Made by a program: the position numbers and the translations under genes
Notes under the pieces: model-generated
Told to the model about the DNA's origin: nothing
Seen by the model: the letters and a program-made list of their open reading frames with translations, nothing else
Database searches by the model: none
NCBI GenBank assembly: GCA_045105515.1
Contig: JBGCDR010000178.1
Location: forward strand, 1 to 64,000
DNA length: 64,000 bases
Direction of reading: 5' to 3'
Source of the DNA: Oligoflexales bacterium
GTDB taxonomy: Bacteria; Bdellovibrionota_B; Oligoflexia; Oligoflexales; Bog-1112
Part shown: piece by piece, positions 57,447 to 64,000 of the stretch
Layout: each line of letters opens with the position of its first letter
Numbering within the stretch: the first letter of the stretch is position 1

Positions 57447-58518
57447 GAGCCAGGCAGACCAAAATATTTTTTTTAAAATACTTGCTTTTTTACCCAGCAA
57501 AATAATTTCTACCTTAGCAAATTTGCGGGCCTTGCTATTCCAGTGGAAAATCTTACCAATCAAAAAGCTTCCTGGGAAGTGCATTTCCATTGGTAATATA
57601 AGCTTAGGTGGCACCGGGAAAACTCCTCTGGTGATTGAAGTTGCTAGATTCCTGGGGGAAAACAAAAAAAAAGTTATCATTCTTACACGCGGATATAAAA
57701 GTGGTTTAAAAAGTTCTGAGTATATAGTTTTGAACAACGGAAAAGTATGTTTAGGAAATAGAAAAGAAGGACAAATTTATGCTGATGAGGCTATGCTGCA
57801 ATCAAAGTTATTACCCAATGCATATATTGTCGTTGCTGCTAAGCGCTTTAAAGCGGCACAAATTTTTTTAAGTGATACCACGATTAATGAAGACGATTTA
57901 GTGTTTATTCTTGATGATGGATACCAACATCAACAAATTTATAGAGATCTTAATGTGCTCTTGTTAGATGCTGAAAAGCCAATAGGAAATGGGTGTATTT
58001 TACCTTTAGGATCATTAAGGGAGTCTTTTCATGCAGTTGAGAGATGCGATATGGTCATTTGGACGCGCACCAATTTAGTAAGCAATTTAGATCCTTGGGT
58101 TACCATTATTAAACAACTTACAGAAAACAAGGTTTCCGTAGATGCTGACTTTGTTGAAGGAAATGTTTATAAAGTGGAACAAGGTGAAATATTAAGGATC
58201 AACAGAGATGAACTTATGAACAGACCTTTATTTGCTGTTACTGCTATTGCGCATCCCAGTAGATTTTTTACTTCGTTAGAAAACGTCGGGCTTATCGTGG
58301 AGGAGCAAATAGTCTTTTCAGATCATCAAAGATTTAACATGAAGCTTTTAGAAGAAAAATTTTCCTACTTTGAAGGTCTGATTACAACTGCGAAAGATTA
58401 TTGGAGAGAACCTAGTTTATTTGATGGTTTGCCAATTTCAATTTATTTTATCGACCTGGAAGTTAATATCCGATCCACGCAGTTTCAAAAAACTCTCCTT
58501 AGTGTGATAACTCATTAA
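57421..58518 (+). CDS. lpxK: Tetraacyldisaccharide 4'-kinase
   Basis: IGNISLGGTGKTP, TRGYK, LDDGYQH, LPLGSLRE, FSDH. Confidence 0.95.
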   Translation: MELQKQIYKSQADQNIFFKILAFLPSKIISTLANLRALLFQWKILPIKKLPGKCISIGNISLGGTGKTPLVIEVARFLGENKKKVIILTRGYKSGLKSSEYIVLNNGKVCLGNRKEGQIYADEAMLQSKLLPNAYIVVAAKRFKAAQIFLSDTTINEDDLVFILDDGYQHQQIYRDLNVLLLDAEKPIGNGCILPLGSLRESFHAVERCDMVIWTRTNLVSNLDPWVTIIKQLTENKVSVDADFVEGNVYKVEQGEILRINRDELMNRPLFAVTAIAHPSRFFTSLENVGLIVEEQIVFSDHQRFNMKLLEEKFSYFEGLITTAKDYWREPSLFDGLPISIYFIDLEVNIRSTQFQKTLLSVITH

Positions 58519-58677
58519 TTTGCCTTTGTTTTTGCTTTTCAATTATATGTGATGACTGCAAATTTAGGTTAGATCTTTCGAGGATCCTTTTGCTCCAACT
58601 TGAATGAGTCTTGTAGCATCGAATAGGCAGGACTATAATAGAAGTTGCTTAGATAAAATTATACAAACTTTCAATAC

Positions 58678-58704
58678 TAAAGTTATTTGCAATGGTGCCG
58701 ACCA
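58678..58704 (+). promoter_or_regulatory. sigma28 (FliA)-like promoter
   Basis: TAAA-N15-GCCGACCA upstream of the acidic membrane protein. Confidence 0.6.
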
Positions 58705-58788
58705 CTCTATCAAAGGATTATTTTGTAGCCTGACTGAGGGCTTAGCTTATTGTTAGGGTGCTGTTGGTCACCTTCTTGGAGACGGTTT

Positions 58789-59826
58789 ATGAGTCAGGGG
58801 AACGATTTTCAAGACAACTCAAATGTTTCACAAGATGGTGGAAGTCCTTTTTCAGCAGACTTGAAGGGAGATTTTACCAGTAACTTTGGTACAAACACCA
58901 ATGCTGTGTCTCAAATCTTCAAAGAAGGTGGTTTTGTCGGGGAAAACAAAAGTAAGCTGATCGGTGTGGTAGCTCTTGTTGTTGCTGTTCTATTAGGTGG
59001 GTATGTTTTTCTTGGCTCTGATGAGGACTACGGAGATGACGACTTTGTTGTCGCAGAAGATGATGAAGATATAGATGATATAGAAGATATCGAGGATTTG
59101 GATGATGCTGACGAAGATATTATTGATTCTGATCCTCTAGATGAAGATATTGATGATTCCAGCTTAAGTGATAATGAAATTGAGTCCGATCCTGAACCTA
59201 TTTTAGAAGAAGCTCTACCAGACCCGACTGATGAAGTTGAATACGTTGAGTCTGAGTCAACAGAATATTTACCAGAAGCTACTGTCGCTCCCTCCATTGT
59301 TTCTCCTGCAGATGGTTTTGCAAGGGTATATGATGAAACCATGGTTCCTCCAGAGTTTATTTGGGAAGGAAGCCCTGGTGGTTGGTTAGTAGTATCTCAA
59401 AATTCTTCAATGAATCCCGTTTCTATAAGACGTAGGGTAAGTGAAAACTCCTATCGGCTTAGAAAGTTATTACCAGGCACATGGTTCTGGCAAGTTAGGA
59501 ACGGAGCGGGAAAAAGCGGCGTGAGGTCAGTTGTTATAACTGATGCTCCAACAAGGGTCTTAAGTCTTTCAGAACCCACTGAAGGAGGATCTCTCACTGG
59601 CAGTGGCGGAGTAGTCACTTGGACAGGAGACAACAAAGTGGCATTTTATCGTGTTGAGATCAGTAGCAATGGATGGGCAAGTCCCATGTATCGATTTGCA
59701 ACAAGCGGTACTCAGCTTCGAGTCCAAGATGTTGCTCCTGGTCAGTATCAGCTAAGAGTCGGAGGATTCTCAGAAGTATCCGGGCGATGGGAGTACTCTG
59801 AGCCGGTGAATATTTCTGTTCAATAA
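58789..59826 (+). CDS. Single-TM protein with very acidic linker and two beta-sandwich-like domains
   Basis: TM LIGVVALVVAVLLGGYVFL, D/E-rich linker, LPGTWFWQVR and VAPGQYQLRV strands; ATG 58789 with GGAG SD. Confidence 0.7.
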   Translation: MSQGNDFQDNSNVSQDGGSPFSADLKGDFTSNFGTNTNAVSQIFKEGGFVGENKSKLIGVVALVVAVLLGGYVFLGSDEDYGDDDFVVAEDDEDIDDIEDIEDLDDADEDIIDSDPLDEDIDDSSLSDNEIESDPEPILEEALPDPTDEVEYVESESTEYLPEATVAPSIVSPADGFARVYDETMVPPEFIWEGSPGGWLVVSQNSSMNPVSIRRRVSENSYRLRKLLPGTWFWQVRNGAGKSGVRSVVITDAPTRVLSLSEPTEGGSLTGSGGVVTWTGDNKVAFYRVEISSNGWASPMYRFATSGTQLRVQDVAPGQYQLRVGGFSEVSGRWEYSEPVNISVQ

Positions 59827-59861
59827 ACTTGTTCTATTGCCCTATTCTGGCAAATAAACTC

Positions 59862-60023
59862 TGATTTTCCAATTATGATCTGCTAACCTATTTATTGTCC
59901 GGTCAATTAGGATTCTGGCTCACGAATTGACCCCATTTCAAAATGGGTTAATTTTGTGCCTGATCATCTTGTATATTTCTTTTCATTTTGAATGACGATT
60001 GTGAGGTAGCATTCCATGAATCA
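59862..60023 (+). ncRNA. Candidate 6S RNA
   Basis: Rod fold: closing stem TGCTA.CCT..ATTGTC / GACGAT..AGG.TAGCA, central bubble, long apical stem; directly upstream of 5-formyl-THF cyclo-ligase (known ssrS-ygfA synteny); ends approximate. Confidence 0.5.
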
Positions 60024-60600
60024 AATGCTTTCTAAAAAAATTTTAAGGAAAGATTACTTAGATCATAGGAAAAATATTACTTCTAGCTTTACCGAAAGAT
60101 CTCATAAAGAAATTTGTAGGCATATCGTAAACTGGCTTGATGGAAAAAAAATAAGCCAGATTTTTATTTATTTTCCCCTTGAAGGTGAACCTGATATGCG
60201 TTTTTTATGCAAGGAACTTAAACACAAAGTAAGCTATGGATTACCGGTGATACAGAACAATAAACGCATGTTTTTTTATTCTTGGTACCCAGGTGATGAG
60301 TTGAAACTCAACTCTCTAGGCATACCCGAACCGGTTTTAGCTACACAAGTACCCTTACAGCCCACAGAGGATACATTAATTTTGGTGCCCTCTGTGGCTA
60401 TGGATTTTCGAGGATATAGGCTAGGATACGGTGGGGGGTTTTATGATCGATTTCTAGTGAATGTTGAAACTCAGCATGTTATGGGTGTCCTTTGGGAAGA
60501 CTTTATGAGCGATCAGTCTTTACCTGATAACGATTGGGATATTCCTTTAAAGTTTGCTGCCACTGAAGCTGGAATTCTGCCCATGAAAATATCTGATTAA
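60016..60600 (+). CDS. ygfA: 5-formyltetrahydrofolate cyclo-ligase
   Basis: GIPEP, LVPSVAMD..GYRLGYGGGFYDR, WDIPL...TE. Confidence 0.93.
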   Translation: MNQMLSKKILRKDYLDHRKNITSSFTERSHKEICRHIVNWLDGKKISQIFIYFPLEGEPDMRFLCKELKHKVSYGLPVIQNNKRMFFYSWYPGDELKLNSLGIPEPVLATQVPLQPTEDTLILVPSVAMDFRGYRLGYGGGFYDRFLVNVETQHVMGVLWEDFMSDQSLPDNDWDIPLKFAATEAGILPMKISD

Positions 60601-60671
60601 AAATCAGATTATTCATAAATTAGAATATGCTAAAATCAAGCATGATAATAGGCACTTGAAAGGACCTCGAG

Positions 60672-62972
60672 TTGGAATCAAAAAGCGGTAGCAATCCTGA
60701 AATCCTAAGCAATGTTGAAAAGAAATCTGGTTTTGGAGTTTTTAAGGGAGTCTTTACTCCGAGTATCTTGACAATTCTTGGGGTCATAATGTTTCTTAGG
60801 ATGGGTTGGGTCTTAGGTCATGCAGGGATTCTTGGAACTATTGTGATTGTAAGTCTGGCAAGTGGAATCACCTTCTTGACTGCCCTATCTATTGCCTCCA
60901 CAGCTACCAATATGAAGATAGGAGGTGGTGGGGCTTACTTCATGATTTCTCGTTCTTTGGGGGTGGAGGCAGGAGCAGCGGTGGGGATACCACTTTACTT
61001 TGCTCAGTCCCTAGGTATCTCTTTTTATTTAGCGGGTTTTGCAGAGTCTTTGAACTCGGTCTTTCCAATGTTGTCTCCAGTTGTTCTGTGCATCGGTAGC
61101 TTATTTATACTCACAGCTCTAGCATATTTTTCCGCTAATTTTGCTCTCAACATACAATTCATAATTCTTGCTCTCATTATTTTTTCCTTGATTTCTTTTT
61201 TTATGGGAGGTGAATCTTCCGCAATTGCTAAGCCAAATTCCTTTAGTGAAGAAAATGTTGGTTTTTGGAGTGTTTTTGCTGTTTTTTTTCCTGCAGTAAC
61301 TGGTATTGAGGCTGGCCTTTCTATGTCAGGTGATCTCGCAAATCCATCGAAGTCACTCCCCTGGGGAACCCTTGCAGCAGTTTTAGTAGGTTATATAGTC
61401 TATTTGGCAATTCCTATTTTTTTATACACTAAAGTAAATCTGGAGATTCTAAAGATAGATCTTCTTATCATGGAGAAGCTAGCAAAGTGGAGTGAACTGA
61501 TCATGTTAGGAGTCTGGGGCGCGAGTCTCTCAAGTGCCTTGGGAGCGATTTTGGGTGCTCCGAGAACTATGCAAGCTCTTGCTCGAGACCGTGTAATTCC
61601 AGCCCTATTTGGAATGGGTAGAGGTGAGCGTGACACCCCCCAGATTGCTAGTATTGTTACTTTTTTTGTGGCTTTGTTGGCAGTGTTACTTGGGGACCTT
61701 AATTCAATTGCCCCCGTTCTCTCGATGTTTTTTTTAACCTCGTACGGAATGTTGAATTTTTCAGCCGGTATGGAAGGGCTTATCGCGAACCCTTCATGGA
61801 GGCCAGATTTTGATAGCCCTTGGTATTTATCTATTTTAGGTGCATTTGCCTGCTTTGCAGTGATGTTTATGATAGATGCTGGTGCTACTATTGTTTCGCT
61901 GGTTCTTACCTTTGGTGTGTATTATTTCATGCAAAAAAGAAAAATGAACGCTTACTGGGGTGACATGCGTCGTGGGATACTCACCTATCTAGCCAAGTTT
62001 TCTATGGAAAGACTTAACTATTTGCCGGCAAATACCAAGTCCTGGCGTCCCAATGTGCTCGTTTTTTCAGGTGCTCCAGCTAGAAGATGGTATTTAATAG
62101 AATTGGGGCATGCATTTTCTAGCCATGCAGGGTTTTTGAGTGTAGCTACAATTCTCCCATCTGGTAGTAAAGCAGAAAACCGCTTAGTGGAGTCGCAAAA
62201 AAGAATTGAACAATACCTGAAAAATCGCAAAGTCCCAGCATTTGTTCGCTTGTCAGTTGCCGACGACATTGCAAAAGGGATAGTCTCTTTAGTACGAGAT
62301 TATGGACTTGGTCCCATTATTCCAAATACGATTCTTTTAGGAGAAACCGAACAAGAAGATAATTTTGAACAATTTGCTAAGATGGTAATTCGGATTTATC
62401 AAGCGGAACGTAATTGCGTTATTGTAAGAGTTCCAGATACATACCTACAGACTGGTAAAGATGAAGCAACTCCAGAAGAACTGAAGAACTTAAACTTCTA
62501 CTTTACACATAATAAAAATAAAAAAATTGATGTTTGGTGGGGAAGGCAAAGAAACAATGCAGGTTTGAGTTTAGCACTAGGGTTTTTATTACAAACTAGT
62601 AAATCCTGGGATGGAGCAGGTTTATGTTTAAAGTCAGTAGTAAATAAAAAATCCGAGTTGCAGTCTAGCGAGGAGCTGCTGCAGTCGCTTATAAATGAAA
62701 GTAGATTAGATGCTGAATGGAAAATCTATATTGAAGAAGGCCAGAAAAAAGATATTTTTCAGCGAATAAGAGAGGAGTCGAAAGATGCCGGCTTTGTTTT
62801 TATGGGAATGTTAGCTCCTGATATGGAGAAATTTCGAGAAGACCCCGAAACAACAATTAAAGAATATGCACTATATTATCGGAGTTTGTTAGAAGCAACC
62901 AAGGATTTTCCTCCCTTAGCAATCGTTCTCGCTGCTGAAAACCTAGACTTTCATAAGATATTTATTCCTTAG
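60672..62972 (+). CDS. Cation-chloride cotransporter (SLC12/CCC-like)
   Basis: GVFTPSILTILGVIMFLR, GGGAYFMISRSLG, FFPAVTGIEAG, WRPNVLV, IDVWW. Confidence 0.9.
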   Translation: MESKSGSNPEILSNVEKKSGFGVFKGVFTPSILTILGVIMFLRMGWVLGHAGILGTIVIVSLASGITFLTALSIASTATNMKIGGGGAYFMISRSLGVEAGAAVGIPLYFAQSLGISFYLAGFAESLNSVFPMLSPVVLCIGSLFILTALAYFSANFALNIQFIILALIIFSLISFFMGGESSAIAKPNSFSEENVGFWSVFAVFFPAVTGIEAGLSMSGDLANPSKSLPWGTLAAVLVGYIVYLAIPIFLYTKVNLEILKIDLLIMEKLAKWSELIMLGVWGASLSSALGAILGAPRTMQALARDRVIPALFGMGRGERDTPQIASIVTFFVALLAVLLGDLNSIAPVLSMFFLTSYGMLNFSAGMEGLIANPSWRPDFDSPWYLSILGAFACFAVMFMIDAGATIVSLVLTFGVYYFMQKRKMNAYWGDMRRGILTYLAKFSMERLNYLPANTKSWRPNVLVFSGAPARRWYLIELGHAFSSHAGFLSVATILPSGSKAENRLVESQKRIEQYLKNRKVPAFVRLSVADDIAKGIVSLVRDYGLGPIIPNTILLGETEQEDNFEQFAKMVIRIYQAERNCVIVRVPDTYLQTGKDEATPEELKNLNFYFTHNKNKKIDVWWGRQRNNAGLSLALGFLLQTSKSWDGAGLCLKSVVNKKSELQSSEELLQSLINESRLDAEWKIYIEEGQKKDIFQRIREESKDAGFVFMGMLAPDMEKFREDPETTIKEYALYYRSLLEATKDFPPLAIVLAAENLDFHKIFIP

Positions 62973-62999
62973 TCACCAAATTGGTGTTTATTACAGATT

Positions 63000-63462
63000 G
63001 TTGGTGGATTAACTAAAAGCTTGGATCTTGGTAGGGAATTAGCATCGATGCCTATAGGACCTCGGATATCTAGTGAATTGAGAATAAATTGAAATACCTG
63101 CCATTTTAAACTTCTTTCTTGCTCAATTAAAATGTTTGGCCGCTTTAATGATCGAATAAACTATTACTTACAATGCCATGGTTTTCAGCATAGGCCTGTA
63201 CTGATACTTAGATGATAGGGAGAGGTTTTAGAGAGGAAAACAGGCCTTAGAGATTTAGCACCCTAAGCTCCCTGGTAAAAAAGCCAACTCAAAAAAGGGG
63301 GGGAATACTTTTGGTATAGTTAAATCGGTATCCGCCTACAGAAACCATTAAAATATATGGCTTTTTATCTTGGTCGCCTGAGGCTGACTTGCTTGCAATT
63401 CACGAAGCTAATAGTATGAAAAGGAAGGTGAGGCTAAATGGTATCTGAAAAGAGCTTCGCAT
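63000..63462 (-). pseudogene. Degraded nucleotide pyrophosphatase/phosphodiesterase (alkaline phosphatase superfamily)
   Basis: Minus-strand fragments in different frames: KPYILMVSVGGYRFNY / LRPVFLSKTSPYHLSISTGL / AENHGIVSNSLFD, separated by stops and frameshifts; ATG 63462 with AAGGA SD and signal-like segment. Confidence 0.75.
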
Positions 63463-63651
63463 AGAAATTCCTTTAGAAAATTTCGGTGAATCAAGCCAAA
63501 CAAATTTAGAAATTAGTGTGGTTCTTGTTAATGGATTGTATTTTTCAATTGATTTAAAACTATAACGTCGTCCTTTTTGTTTTACAAATTGATTATTGAG
63601 CAGTATAGGGATATGGTTTTCTCGTTTTACCATCTATAAGCTGGAGGCATC

Positions 63652-64000
63652 ATGGTTCAAAAAAGTCGCTCTCATTCTTTATTTGTTGCAGCAAAAAAAC
63701 ATATGCCTGGGGGTGTGAGCTCACCGGTGCGAGCTTTTGGTGCTGTAGGAGGAGAGCCACTTTTTCTATCGAAAGCTAAAGGTTCTTATATTTGGGATGT
63801 GGATGACAATAGGTACATAGATTTTGTGGGAAGTTGGGGTCCTGCTATTCTAGGGCATGCTCATGATGACGTGGTCGAAGAAATAATAAAGGTTGCAAGA
63901 GAGGGGTTAAGTTTTGGAGCTCCAACAGAGGCTGAAACGCTCCTGGCTCAAGAGATAAGCAAAGCTATGCCCCAATTGGAAAAAGTCCGCTTTGTTTCAT
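63652..64000 (+). CDS. hemL: Glutamate-1-semialdehyde aminotransferase, N-terminal part (runs off window)
   Basis: MPGGVSSPVRAF, DVDDNRYIDFVGSWGPAILGHAH, GLSFGAPT; GGAGG SD. Confidence 0.95.
   Translation, partial: MVQKSRSHSLFVAAKKHMPGGVSSPVRAFGAVGGEPLFLSKAKGSYIWDVDDNRYIDFVGSWGPAILGHAHDDVVEEIIKVAREGLSFGAPTEAETLLAQEISKAMPQLEKVRFVS

Noticed and set aside
63400..63633. 77-aa ORF as an intact gene
   Set aside because: Its last 20 codons are the signal segment of the phosphodiesterase pseudogene; the rest overlaps the hemL upstream region

Overview
AT-rich bacterial chromosomal segment. Gene content (deltaproteobacterial-type RdgC-like protein, giant TPR envelope cluster, many secreted hydrolases and lipoproteins) suggests Bdellovibrionota/Oligoflexia; this is an inference, not a search result. 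Housekeeping content: aconitase, prmA-rsmE, Smr protein, acireductone dioxygenase, an OmpR/sensor kinase pair, tRNA-fMet(CAT), tRNA-Pro(GGG), a lolC/E-lolD-bamA-skp-fabZ-lpxA-lpxB-msbA-lpxK envelope operon, 5-formyl-THF cyclo-ligase, a cation-chloride cotransporter and the start of hemL. An accessory block of secreted enzymes and repeat proteins spans about 29-48 kb. The most notable items: (1) an orphan stator operon in unusual order, motB1-motB2-Cys-rich lipoprotein-motA, where motB2 appears to need an ATA start; (2) about 3 kb away, a lytic transglycosylase + three-TPR operon resembling Glt gliding/envelope platforms; (3) a secreted GNAT gene bracketed by REP-like composite direct repeats next to tRNA-fMet; (4) a helically phased DnaA-box array; (5) a 6S-like RNA upstream of the cyclo-ligase and an unassigned multi-stem RNA near 6.1 kb; (6) several sigma28-like promoters; (7) an unannotated phosphodiesterase pseudogene. 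No CRISPR array, transposase or integrase was recognised.
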